NCBI RefSeq assembly: GCF_963921235.1
Contig: NC_086097.1
Span: 75,950,001-76,014,000, forward strand
DNA from: Mobula hypostoma
Lineage: Eukaryota
Length of the DNA stretch: 64,000 bases
Direction: 5' to 3'
Made by a program: the position numbers and the translations under genes. How positions within the stretch are numbered: position 1 is the first letter of the stretch; each line of letters opens with the position of its first letter. This document shows, one piece after another, positions 50,405 through 63,112 of the stretch. The notes beneath the pieces were generated by a model. That model was not told the origin of the DNA. It saw only the letters and a program-made list of their open reading frames with translations, and searched no databases.

Positions 50405-51025
50405 AGGTGGCAACATGGCAGACATGTACCCCAGTTGCTGACACACAAAGAAAATACTATGTGTCTTTGCAGCAGGTATATCCACAACAGCTACTTTACA
50501 ACTTCTCTTCCTCCTCCTCTCCCCAGCCCATGATATTATTGCCGGGTAGGTCAATCCCACCGCCATCCCCAAATCTGACACTTTCAGGAAGACTGGATCA
50601 TCCCTCCCTGGATGGTCCAACCCTGAGTTTTCCTCATTCCTCAATATTTATGCTCTGCAATCCATTGCAAGGCTCACCATCTCTCTGAACTACTGACATT
50701 ATTGTCCTCCAGCTACTCTCACCTCCTCTCAGTCACTGCCTCACTTCACCCTTAAGAAAGTAATATTGCTACTTTGTTACTTCCCAACTAGTTGCCCATG
50801 TACCATCCCACATTCCCTGGGCCATACTGCCCCACATATTACTCTGCATTTCGCTTTTACCAACACTTGCATATCTTTTGGGTGGACTTGGTGCATTTTA
50901 ATCATTTCTTTGAGCTTACATCAGAATTCTAAATTTCCACCAGTGACTTTAAGTGAGGGCAGCTCTGACAAAATGCTCTGCTTTTTCCAAGGGCTGAAGG
51001 GATTGTGAAGGGCTTCATATCCCTG
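50405..51025 (-). pseudogene. Degenerate retroviral gag (capsid and nucleocapsid) fragment
   Basis: YEALHNPFSPWKKQSILSELPSLK...LKEMIKMHQVHPKDMQVLV (CA N-terminal-like), SWRTIMSVVQRDGEP (major-homology-region-like), FFVCQQLGYMSA (decayed CCHC knuckle); stops and frameshifts. Confidence 0.7.
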
Positions 51026-52794
51026 TTGTTTTCCTTCCCATAGGAAAGTTTATTACTCCAAGTTTCAAACTTATTCTTAAAACACACAAAACACATTCAC
51101 AAACAAATATAATACTGTACTGTATCCTGATCCTACCCGTACCCCTCTGGCATTCCAAACGGTCAGTAAACACCTCTCGCAACTGGTGACCCTGTCTCAT
51201 CAAGCTACTCAAAATTGTCCGGTAGCTGGTCGCTTAAACAAACACGCACACACAGACACACCCCATGTTTATATCTACCAGTTCAGCTCTGTCGTGTTCT
51301 TAGATACTTCATGATTCTGTGGTTGTTGACTTGAACAGATCTGAGCATGGGTGCTGCTCTTAAAAATACTCCCTTGGACCGCTCAACTTATTGGCCACAC
51401 AGTGGGTCACGAATGTATCCCAGACAAGACCCCAAACGTTGTGACTGTGACTGAAGTCACTGAAGAGACACTAAAGCTGATGATATAGAAGCCTTCATTT
51501 GTTACAATAAGCAGGCATCATTCTGGAGACATTCAGTAGAGGCTTACAAACCCAAAGTACATCACACTTTTATACCCTTAAGGCCAATGATAACAGAAGG
51601 GAATTCAATACTGTTCCAATAGTTACAATGACATCATTTACTTTAATACTTCGGGTTGACAACACTTCTGTTGAATTACATATCTACAGTGGGAGACACC
51701 TTTGAATGTTCAAATACTTTTGCTAACTGCAAGCTTCCCTGAATTTATTTACAATGGTGCAAATTACTTAAACTCATAGATGCCTGGATTGCTGCAGGGC
51801 AATTAACACAACCCCATTGTCAAATGCCAATGCAAGTGCCCCATGGTCACCAGTTTGCAAACCATATCTCTTAGTTTGTGAGCTGGTTTAACCTTAATTT
51901 ACTGTTTACAATTTATAATAAGAACTGAAGAATGGTCTTGCTTGAATTAATATCTGCTATATTAAAGAAAAAACAAGTTTTAAACAAAGTCTGCAAACAC
52001 AAAACTCTGGCACCTCCAGCCATTCGGGATTATTGTGGTTAAATAGTTCAAGTGCTCAGAGATCCAATTGGAACCAAAGGTCAAACAGGCCAGGAGATGC
52101 AAGGGAGAGAAATTGCTCAAATGTGTAGCAACAAACAGAATGTTGGAGGAACTCAGCTCAGGCAGCATCTGTGGAGGCTTTCTGATGAATGTATGAAACG
52201 ATTGGCATTCAAGAATTGATCAAAACCAACATAGCCTCTAGTTTTAATTAGTTATTTACTTTTCATCAGGCCTTGCTAAATGTACTGTCAAAGACGGCAC
52301 CCCAAATCCCCGATCAGGGATACCTACAATATCAGTATAATGATGTCAAAAATTGCTGCATTTTAAAACCATACAATCAAAGCACAATGGCTTGATTAAG
52401 AAGAACTTATGAAAAATGCACACGAATGTGCACCTAAATCTATAAATGACAGATTATGATGTAACTAGGAATACATTTCATTAAAAGTAGTGTCTGCCAG
52501 CTTCTGGGTTTTGGAAAATCATGGCCTTGAGTTCTAAGGATCATACAGTGGGAGAAATAGTGTGTTTAAAAGTGTGGGCCAGTCATGGTGTAGCAGTGAG
52601 GGGGGAAGTAAAAATCATTTATCTGAAATTTTGATGCTCAGTGAAGATTACAGGATAAGCAAAGATTATAGGCAATGGGTGCAGCAGAAAACTGTGTGGG
52701 TTGTTCAAATGCCAGCAGGTGAATATGGAAATATCATTGGATTTTGGAGAATATTAAAAGCAAATGTTGATCATTATCCAATATCAACATTCAT

Positions 52795-54558
52795 ATCTTG
52801 TGGCAGGGTTTGAATGCCCATAACCTCCTACAAAGTTAAATCAAGGGACATGGTGGACAGCAGAGCTTTGCTTCCAGATGAGCTCAATGCCTTCTATGCT
52901 TGCATTGACCACCAGAGCACGGAGGAAGCATTGTGCACACCCACATCTCCCGAAGATCTTTTTGTCTCAGTATCTGAACATGACGTGCGGGCTGACTTCA
53001 GGAGGGTGAATCCAAGGAAAGCATCTGGTCCGGGTGGAGTCCCTGGCCTAATACAGAAGACCTGTGCTGACCATCTGGCTGGTGTGTTCGCAGGTATCTT
53101 CAGCCTCTCATTTTGCCAGAGCTTGGCACCCATCTGCTTCAAGTAGGCTTCAATCATACCAGCGCCCTAGAAGAGCGTGGTAACCCACCCCAGTGACTTG
53201 CCCAGTAGCATTTACATCCACAGTGATGAAGAGTCTTGAGAGGCTGGGGGTTGAAACATATCAGCTCCTGCCTGAGTGGTGACTTGGATCCACTCTTTAT
53301 CTGCCTACCGGAGCAACAGGTCCACAGCAGATGCCATGTCATTGGCTCTTCACACAACCCTGGAACATTCGGACAGCAAAGATGCATACATCAGAATGCT
53401 CTTTATCAATTACAGCTCAACATTTAATACCATCACCCGCTCAAAAGTAACCAATAAACTCCAAGCCCTGGGCGTCATACACCCTTGTGCAATTGGATCC
53501 TGGATTTCCACACTTGCAGACCCCAGTCGGCTCGGATTGGCAAAAACATCTCCTCCACAATCTCCATCAGTACTAGTGCACTGCAGGGCTGTGTGCTTGG
53601 CCCCTCCTCTAGTCGCTTTACACCTGTGACTGTGTGGCTAAGTACAGCTCCGACACCACATTGAAGTTTGCTAATGACATCACTGTTGTGGGCTGTATCA
53701 AACCTGGTATTGAATCAGCATACAGGATGGAGCTTGAAAAGCTGGCTGAGTGGTGTCATAACAACAACCTCTCACTCAACGTCAATAAGACTGAGGAACT
53801 GATTGTAGACTTCAGGAGAGGGAAACCAGAGGTCCACGAGGATCAGAGGTGGAGAGGATCAGTAATTTTAAATTCCTGTTTGTCACTATCTCAGATGATC
53901 TGTCCTGGACACATCATATAAACATAATTGCAAAGAAAGCACAACAGCACCTCTACTTCCTCAGGGGTCTGCAGAGATTCAGCACGTCGTCAAAACCTTG
54001 TCAAACTTCTATAGAGGTGTAGTGGAAAGTGTATTGACTGGCTACATTACTGCCTGGTATGGCAAAACCAATGACTTTGAATGAAAAATCCTACAAAAAG
54101 TAGTGGATTTGGCACAGTATATCATAGGTAAAGCCCTCCTAACCATTGAACTGATCTACATGAAACGTTGTCATAGGAAAGCAGCAGCAATCATTAAAGA
54201 TGCTCACCATGCTCTTTTCTGGCATCAGGTGGAAGGTATGTACCTCAGGACTCACATCACCAGGATCAAGAACAGTTAGCACCCCTCAACCATCAGGCTA
54301 TTGAACAAAAGAGGATAACTACACTTATCTATTAAGATGTTCCCACAACCAATGATCTCACTTTAAGGTCTCTTTATCTTGTTATTTCATGCTCTCATTA
54401 TTTATTGCTATTTATTTATATTTGTATTTGCACAGTTTATTGTCTTCTACGCTTTTGCTTTCATTGATCCTGTTTACAGTTACCATTCTATAGATTTGCT
54501 GAGTATGCCCACCAGAACCACAATCACATGTATGTGACATGTATGTATTCTGATAATA
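52795..54558 (+). mobile_element. Rex1/Babar LINE, 5' truncated, inactivated
   Basis: LPDELNAFYA, VNPRKASGPGGVPG, AYRSNRSTADA, RMLFINYSSTFNTI, KFANDITVVG, WCHNNNLSLNVNKTEELIVDFRR; tail TGATAATAAATTTTACTT. Confidence 0.93.
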
Positions 54559-54877
54559 AATTTTACTTCAAACTTTTATCCTGGATTTCATTGGGCAGGA
54601 AGACTAGGTGTCTTTTTAACAAGGGGAAATGCGGGCATCTACCTTCATGGTTTTATTCAAAGCCCTGTAATGCTACCCCACAGCCATTAAGCATACACAT
54701 GAAAACAAATGGTGCTGGTGGAACTTATTTGGCCAGCCTTTCAAGATAGATTGCTTCTAAAAATCTAAGGCAGCAGAACTTGTCACATTTCTACAGGGCT
54801 CTGTACCCTGTCTGTTTCTTTTTGTGGTTATTTTTCAGGGAGTTGGCTTCAACAGGAGAGGCATGATAAAGCCTCTC

Positions 54878-55280
54878 CTGTCATCATATGAGGAACGTTT
54901 GATGGCTCTGGGTCTGTACTCGCGAGAATTCAGAAGGATGAAAGGGGATCTCATTGAAACCTTTCGAATGTTGAAAGGCCTAGACAGAGTAGATGTGGAA
55001 AGGATGTGTCCCATCGTGGAAGAGCCCTCAGGATAGAGGGGCGCCCTTTCAAAACAGACATGCGGAGAAACTTCTTTAGCCAAAGGGTGGTGAATTTGTG
55101 GAATTTGTTGCCACATGCAGCTGCGGAGGCCAGGTCATTGGGTGTATTTAAGGCAAAGATTGATAGGTTCTTGATTGGACTTGGCATCAAAAGCTATGGG
55201 GAGAAGGCTGGGAATTGGGGTTGAGGAGGAGATTTTTAAAAAAGGATCAGCCATGGTCTTATAAAGCAGCTTATGGTCTT
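54878..55280 (+). mobile_element. CR1 3' end (same subfamily as 5242-8360)
   Basis: SYEERLMALGLYSREFRRMKGDLIETF...RRNFFSQRVVNLWNLLP; tail ATGGTCTTAT. Confidence 0.92.
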
Positions 55281-55324
55281 ATAAATCAGCTTCAATAAGA
55301 TACAAAATATGGCAGTATTTGAAA

Positions 55325-56060
55325 TTCTGAGAACAGCTAAAGACTGCAGAGATCTAAATGGTCCAATCAACTGGGCAGAAAATGTGGCAAAAAGAATTTA
55401 AAGCAAAAACTCCGAGCTGGTGCTTTTGAGTGGTGTGATGGAACAAATGGACCTCTGAGCATATGCCTCGATAACACAAGGCTAAATGTGGTTAAATTGT
55501 GTGTGGGATGCTTCCCCTCAACAGTTGAGAAATCAACTAGAAAAGAAGGGAGACTGCTTTAACTGAATATAAGACTAATTAGACAACAAATTTAGTACAA
55601 TGCATAGCCTGTTCACCACACATTGGAAAGATGTGTTTGCACTGGAGGGGTACAAAAGAAGAGATTTGCAGTGATTTTACCAGAACTGAAAAACTGCATC
55701 TGTAAGAAAAGATTAGCTATGTCAGACTTCTTTTTAGAACAGTGGAAGCAGAAGGAAAACTGAAATGGTGTGTATTAATCTTTGAACAATTGAAGAGACC
55801 CGTTTTCTTTAGTGAGGTGTCTAAGCCAGGCCATAGAGATTTCAACTATCTGGTAGAAGAACGAGAAGGAAGATGATGGGGAAAAATGGCAATAGGTGTC
55901 TTGAATTCACAGCCTTGAGCCACATTTCAAAAAGGTGTACTTGTGACCTGAAGGGCTACATACCTCGTGCTGGAAGGAAAGATGAGGATGGATAATTCTT
56001 TTGACTAGTATATAAATGACCACCCAAATGGTCTTCACCATTATAAGTTTTCTATGGTTA
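55325..56060 (+). mobile_element. Old degraded CR1
   Basis: DCRDLNGPINWAE-like and GAAAGATGTGTTTGCACTGGAGGGGTACAAAAGAAG relics; CR1-like 3' end at about 56050. Confidence 0.6.
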
Positions 56061-56780
56061 ATTAAACTTAGACAGAAAAATTAAAACTGGAAATGGTGCA
56101 AAAAAGGCTCAGATGAAATATTTTGTTACCATCTTGCTGCTTAGCCAAACAAAAGGGCTGCATAAGATTGTCTATCTTTTTACTTATACCAACATTATAT
56201 TGTAGCTGATTGAGTTAAATTTCTGATTAATAATAACAAAACCAATTAGTTTACCTAGGAAAATTAACAAATTGCAGATGCTGAAAAACTGAATTAAAAC
56301 AATAAATGCTAAAAACACTCATCAGGTCAGACAATATCAGCAGAAAGAGAAAAATAGAAACAATCTTTTAGGGCGAAGATCTTGATTCTTAATAATTCTT
56401 TTGAACAACAGAATTTTCTATATTGTACTGGTATTGTAGCCTGAAATGTCAACTCTGTTTCTCCTTCTATTGAAACTGATCTGTTGAGTGTTTCTACCTT
56501 TATTGTCAAGTGCATCAGTAGCCAGTTCCAAACTTCCTCTCAGACTCACCAAATGTAGATAAAAAGAGCTAAACTCCGGTTGCAAGTTTCCAAACCCTTG
56601 GCATCAGAGATAATATTCCATAAATTAGCTCCAATAATTATTTAAACTACTGTGATTCGAATCAAGGGGGAGTACCTCCACTACTGGAATCATATCTCAC
56701 ACACAAGAGTAAAGGGCCATGGTTGGCAGAGGCAATTGCTTCATCAAAAGATATTGCTACAACAGTCACTCTCTTAGCAA

Positions 56781-57895
56781 CATTAACAAAATGCTGGAGG
56801 AATTCAGGTGAGGCAGCATCTATGGAAAAGAGTAAACAGTCCAAATTTCGGGCTGAGACCCTTCCTCAGGACTGAGAGAGAAGGGAGGAGATGCTGAATT
56901 AAATGTAGGGGGAGGAGGAAGAGGCTGGCTGGAAAGAGATAGGTGAAGCCAGGTGGGTGGTAAAAGGTCAAGGGCTAGAAAAGAAAAAATCTGATAGCAG
57001 AGAGAGTGAACAATAGGAAAAAGGAAGGAGGAGAGGACCTAGGGGGAAGTAATAGGCAGGTGAGAAGAAGTAGAAGGTCAGAGTGGGGAATAGAGGAAAT
57101 GGGAGAGGGGAAAATTTGTTCACTGGAAGAAAGATACCATCAGATGGAAGGTACCCAGGGAATATAAAGTGTTGCTCCTCCACCTGGCCTCTTGACACAA
57201 GAGGAGGCCATGGATCAACATGTCAGAATGGGAATGGGAATTAAAATGTTTGGCCACCAGAAAGTCCTGCTTGTGGCAGATAGTGTGGAGGTGCTTGATG
57301 AAGCAATCCCCCAATTTATGATGGGTCTCACCAATGCAGAGGAGGTCGCATCGGGAGCACTGAACACAATAGATGACCCTAGCAGATTTACGAGTGAAGT
57401 GTTACCTCACCTGGAAGAAATGTTTGGGGCCCCTGAATGGAGGTGAGGGAGCAGGTGTATGGACAGGTTTAGCACTTGGGCTGCTTGTAGGGATAAGTGC
57501 CTGCAAGGAGATCAGTGGGGTAGAGATGAATGGATAATGGAATTATGGAGGGAACAATCCTTCCAGTGGGGTGGGGAGGGGGTGAAGGAGGAAGTAAAGA
57601 TATGTTCAGTGGTAAGAACCCTTTAGAGATGCCGGAAGTTGTGGAGGATAATGTGTCGCATGCAGAGGCTGATGGGGTGGTAGGTAAGAACAAGAGGGAC
57701 TCTACTGAGACAGAGGGAAGATGGGGTGAGCACAGATGTATGAGAAATGGAGATGACGTGGGTAAGGACAGCATCAACAGAAGAGGGAGGGAAACCCCAT
57801 TCTTTAAAGAAGGAGTATATCTCTGATGTCTTGGAATAGAAAGCCACATCCACAAACCAGTTACTTTGGGTTTCCAGCATCTGCAGAATTGCTTG
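56781..57895 (-). mobile_element. Penelope-like element 3' half with pLTR and short inverted pLTR at its 5' junction
   Basis: SFFKEWGFP...RVPLVLTYHPISL..RHIILHNFRHL; GDCFIKHLHTICHK..LVAKHFNSHSHSDM; EEQHFIF. Hammerhead-like core at 56837-56874; inverted TTTCCAGCATCTGCAGAATT at about 57870. Confidence 0.92.
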
Positions 57896-58309
57896 TAGTT
57901 ATGATTTGCTACAACTGTTCTTGGTATAGTGATGAATGAAACCATTTTCAGCTGCATTCCTCCATCAGAAATAGCAATTTTAAAAATTGATTAGGAATCA
58001 TACATCACAAACTATTGTTCACTGATATTTGGACAGTTCCTGCAGTGGAACCTGAATAACATTCAGCTTAAACAATAAGTAGGACGTCACAGCCATGCCA
58101 CAGAATACTAGGTAATGATCATCTCCAACAAGTGAGATTGTAATCACCTCTTCTTGACATTCAGCTAGAAAATCAACAAACACATAGGCAATTTCCTAAT
58201 TAACCAGAAATTTAATTTATAAAATGTGATTACAGGAAAAGGAAGAAGCAGAAGATGAGCTGTTTTTATATAGCTTCTTCATTCAAGGTTTTCCAAAAAG
58301 TTTGCAACC

Positions 58310-58800
58310 ACTGATCAGAACAAAATAGCAGGAGTAGGCTATGAGGCCCTTCAAACTTGCCCTGCTATTTAAAATGATCATGGCTGATCTATTCTGAACT
58401 CAACTCTTCTGTGCTATTTGTCCATACTCTAACCCTTTTGCCTTCTTAACTACTTGTTGGAAATTCCTGTCAGCTTTTTGTAATTCATGCACAAGAACAT
58501 CTAGATTACTCAGCACTCATTTCTCTCCATTTAGATAATAATCTGCCTATTGGTTTCTCATAATAAAATGCACAATCTCATTCATCAAAGTCCATTGCAA
58601 GTCTTTTGCTCACTCATTCAGTTTAGATATCCCATTGCAGAATCACAGTATCCTTCTCAACATATTCTTTCATTTATTTTTGTTCCTAGGCAAATTTGGA
58701 GACCTTGCATGCTGTTCCTTCTCCCAACTGATTAATCTAAAATATGAACAATTGCAGATCAAGAACTAATCCCTGCAATACACCACCAGTTATCTCCTTC
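58310..58800 (-). mobile_element. Old CR1 fragments
   Basis: Antisense 3' UTR AGCAGGAGTAGGC..GGCCCTTCAA...TGATCATGGCTGATCT and RT-region relics. Confidence 0.6.
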
Positions 58801-59774
58801 AAATTCAGTTTTTGTGAAAATTGTCAAAAATAACAGCCAATTTTTTTACCAACAAACAGCACTTTGAAAATGACCACACAGCTTGTTATGTTACTTAAGA
58901 GACAAATTGCTGTAAAGAATTTATGTGTGATATGTGCAGAATAAATGCAATTTTATTTGGAGAAAAAAAAGCAGAATAGCTTGAAAATGAAATCTAAATG
59001 TTAAATGTACAAAATTGGAAATCCATAAATCTCTAGGTACATAACAATTTTAGGGAAATTGTAGATTCTACAACATTAGACCCCTACTGCAATATTTTCC
59101 TCCTGGCCATTAATGCTCACTCAATTGCCCACACAGTGACTTTCAATCTCTATTCTGCATGTTCTGCAAAGAGAGAGTGCAAGGGAAACCACAGAGGTGG
59201 TGCAAGGGGAAGCTCACAGAGGATGGGTGCACACAGGCCTATATCACAAACCAACAAGAGCAGGAAAAATGGCAGACATGAAGGATTTCCTGCGGGGTTT
59301 GAATTAGCCTGCCATGCTAATGAGGGATTAAATTTAGCGTTGGGGCAATGCCTCCTTCCTACTGAGAGGGAACAAAGCAGCCTTAATTTCTGAGATACCA
59401 GTGCTAATGCCTCCCTGCTCAATCCCTAGGCCTCACTCAAGAATGATAGCTAATTGATAAGGAAGGGAGCTGCTCAATCTCTGTATCATGTGTTTGTGAG
59501 TGTTTCTGAATAAAATACGTACAAAATGTTTGAATATCACGATTGAATTTTGTAACTTATCACTGCTTAAGAATGTAAATATCTTCCACAAATTTGTCAT
59601 TCTTACATTTCAATTGTATTTCATTTTGAATTTGATCTCACAAACTAAATCAGTCCTTAGTAATGCATTTTGAGGCAGAACTAGGGGCGTACTCCTTTGC
59701 AAAATTATATTTAAGTGATACACTATAGTTGTCTGATATTGCAAAATTAATATCCTAATGTTAAAAATATCTTA

Positions 59775-60540
59775 GAGTAATAGAGTACTAAAATACAGAA
59801 GCAGGACCTTCGGCACATGTAGTCCATGCCAAACTGTTATTCTGCCTAGTCTCATCAACTCGCATCTGGACCAGAGCCCTCCATACCCCTCTTATCAATG
59901 CACTCATCCAAATTTCTCCTAAATGTTGCAATTGAACCTGCATCCAGCACTCCAACTGGCAGGTCATTCCTCACATACACCGCCCTCTGATTGATGATCC
60001 CTTCAGGTTCCCGTTAAATACTTCACCTTTCTCCCTCAACCTACGATCTCCAGTTCTAGTCTCACCCAATCTCCTTGCAGTTATCCTATTGAGACCCCTC
60101 ATAATATTGTATACCTCTATCAAAACTCCCTTCATTCTCCTGCGCTCCAGGAATCAAGTCCTAACTTATTCAACCTTTCTGTATAATTTAGGTCATGAAG
60201 TCTAGGCAGCATCCTTGTAAATTTCTGGGTACTCTTTCGATCTTATTGATACCTTTCCTGAAGGAAGGTGAACAGAACTGTGCACAACTTGGCCTCATAA
60301 ATGTGTTATACTCCTGGATTAAATACTTTGATTTATATTGGCCAATATGCCAAAAGCTCTTGATATGGCCCTATCTAATTCAGAAGCCATTTTCAAGGAA
60401 TTATGGATCTGTATTCTCAGATCCTCCTGTTCTTCCACTCTCCTCTTTCCCCACTATTCATTGTGCATGTTCTACCCTGGTTTGTCCTCCCAAAGTGTAA
60501 CATCTCACACTTGTCTGCATTAAATCCCATCTATCATTTA
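59775..60540 (-). mobile_element. CR1 3' portion
   Basis: Antisense CR1 tail (AGAGTAATAGAG) and RT C-terminal region (CTCACACTTGTCTGCATTAAA = FNADKCE). Confidence 0.85.
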
Positions 60541-60734
60541 ACTTAGCACAACACCCTGAACTCACTTTGCAGAACCTCCTCACCCTTCCTTCTTACGTCA
60601 TTGGTACTGATGTGGACCACAACTTCTGCCAGCTCCCTCAGAGCAGTTACCATCTATCAAAGAAATGACTAGATTCTTCAAGATTCAAGGTTCTTCTTGG
60701 CATTGATATCAATTCTTGCTTTCTTTTTTTACTT

Positions 60735-60960
60735 TGTGTTGGGCACGTGGCCAAGTGGTTAAGGCGTTCATCTAGTTACCTCAAGGTCGCTAGTTCAAGC
60801 CTCAGCTGTGGCAGCATGTTTGTGCCCTTGAGCAAGGCACTTAATCACACATTGCTGTAGTCTGTGCAAGGAGTGGCGCCCCACACAGAGTTCCAATCTG
60901 CACCTTCTAAGGCATGAAAATGCCCGACGCGGGCCTCTCATGGTCTGAGTCGACGTCCCC
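60735..60960 (+). mobile_element. tRNA-derived SINE with CORE-like central segment
   Basis: A box TGGCCAAGTGG, B box GTTCAAGC, central TGTGCCCTTGAGCAAGGCACTTAA; flanked by the direct repeat CTTTTTTTACTT (60723-60734 and 60961-60972). Confidence 0.85.
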
Positions 60961-61257
60961 CTTTTTTTACTTAACCATCTTCATTTATTCAATTTTTCCC
61001 ACCACCAGTCATTTTTGCTCTCTTTTACAAGCCAACTGGTCTAACAATGAATTAAGCAGATGCACTACTGCCACAGATTGCCACATCTCTGCTGATGATG
61101 GAAAGTTCAATTCTGTGAATTCATCTTGGCAGCAAAGGAAGTAATGTAGCCAGTGTATACTGCAAAGCAGTTGACAAGGCTGCCTGCCTGAATGTTCCCT
61201 GCTAGGATGGATGATGGACAGATGATATATATTGAGGCAAATCAAGTTTATAGTCAT

Positions 61258-62175
61258 ACAGACATATAGGAGGGAGATTGAAAATCTGGTTGAATAGTGC
61301 CACAACAACAATGTCTTACTTAACCAAAGAGCTAATTATTGACTACTGGAGGAGGAAACTGGAGGTCCACGACTCAGTCCTCATCAGGGAATCGAGGTGG
61401 ATAGGGCCATTAGCTTTAAATTCCATGGTATTACCCTATCAAAGGATCTGTCCTGGGACTAGCATGTAAGTGCCATTACAAAGAAGGCATGGAAGCACCT
61501 GTACTTTCTTACAAGTTTGGCATGTCATTTAAAACTCTGACAATCTTTTATAGATGCACAACGGAGCGTATACTGACTGGTTGCATCACGGCCTGGTATG
61601 GGAACACCAGTGCCCTTAAACAGAAAAGCTTACACAAAGTCATGGATACAGCCCAGTTATCCATACAAGGAAAGCCTTCCCCACCATTGGGCACATCTAA
61701 AAGGTCACAGAAAGCAGCATCCATTGCCAACAATCTGCACCATCCAGGCATTGTTCTCTTCTCATTGCTGCCATTAGTAAGGAAGTACAGAAGCCTCAGT
61801 CCCCATACCAGCAGGATCAGTAACAGTTATTACCTCTCAACCATCAGGCTCCTAAACCAGAGTGGGTAACTTCACTCACCCCAACACTGAACTGATTTCA
61901 CAACCTATGAACTCACTTTCTAGGACTCTATTCTACAACTCATGTTATCAATATTATTGATTATTTATTATAATTATTTTGTTTTTCTTTTTGTATTTGC
62001 ACAACTTGTTATCTTTTGCACATTGGTTGTCTGTCCATCGTTATTTGTGTGTAGTTCTTCTTGATTCTATCGTGGTTTTTTTGTATCTGTTGTGAATGTC
62101 TACAAGAAAATGAATCTCAGGGTAGTCTACGGGTTCATGCCGTATATGTACCTTGATAATAAATTAACTTTTAAC
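61258..62175 (+). mobile_element. Rex1/Babar 3' portion
   Basis: TKELIIDYWR, FYRCTTERILTGCITAWYGN, KAASI..HHPG..LFSLLP..RKYRSL; tail CCTTGATAATAAATTAACTTT. Confidence 0.9.
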
Positions 62176-63049
62176 ATGTATACAGAGGTTCAATGAAAAA
62201 CTTATTTGTAGCAGCATCACAGACACATTACATCATTACAAGCAGCATTCAGAAAGAAAAATAGCAATAACCACATTAGAAAATACAATTAAAACACAAA
62301 TAGGTCTATTTTAGGGCAGCAATCAGAGTTCTCACTTGGGTTTCTTATTAGAAATTATATTAAGCATGCAGGAAGAAAAGACATTTGGACGCACTGACTG
62401 ATCTGGTTTTTTTTGGGATGAGTATTTATTTCTTGAAACTGTCCCATTTTGTTGGAGACATTGTTTAACTTGTTTTCTTTCATTTTAATAGAACCTGACA
62501 AATGTTGCTAATTTAAATTAATAGTGAATTACATATTTAGCAGCACCTTGATGAAAGAGTTAATTTTGCATTGCCCTTACTATCAGTATAGCTAATTGAG
62601 AATGGATATTGAAGCTTGTAATTAACTAATGATGAGTTTCATCTGAAAAAAATGGAGCATTCTGCCACCTTGACCTTATCGCTGTTCCACACTACTGATG
62701 TTTCTCTCCAAATAGTTGCTGGTATTTTGTATTTTTTGGGCAGCAAAGGAAAGGAAAGATCGTTTAAGTAAATGAAACCACGAAAAAATTATTTTCCTTC
62801 TCTTTTTCGTCAATATAACCACACGTCATGTATTCAATTAGAATTATGGTCACATAATCGGTACTTATCTTGCTTTTAAGCTTACGGTCTTCCAGAGGCA
62901 ATGAAACACTAACACGAACAGAAGTTGGCATCAGCAGCACATATTGCTGCCATAAGCAACTTTGGTTTGCTCTCCAGTTTAGTACATTTCTTCTTTCTAT
63001 ACCAGCCAGAGTTAAAAAATACACATGGACTAAGATGTTAACTGTCCTG

Positions 63050-63112
63050 TGCTATCACCAGTGGGATCATCAGTTGATCTGCCACCAACTGATGATCCCA
63101 CTGGTGATAGCA
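63050..63112. repeat. Perfect 27-bp inverted repeat with 9-nt loop
   Basis: TGCTATCACCAGTGGGATCATCAGTTG-atctgccac-CAACTGATGATCCCACTGGTGATAGCA. Confidence 0.97.

Larger units (their letters stand above)
49513..51963 (-). mobile_element. Non-autonomous two-LTR retrovirus-like element (LTR-PBS-partial gag-PPT-LTR)
   Basis: 3' LTR 50224-49513 (TG...CA) and 5' LTR about 51963-51437 (start clipped). PBS TGGGGTCTTGTCTGGGAT at 51434-51417 (15/18 to the tRNA-Pro PBS TGGGGGCTCGTCCGGGAT); PPT AAGAGGAGAGTG abuts the 3' LTR; gag relics lie between. Confidence 0.88.

Noticed and set aside
60741-60812. tRNA gene
   Set aside because: A and B boxes are present, but the cloverleaf is degenerate and the sequence continues into a SINE body with flanking direct repeats.
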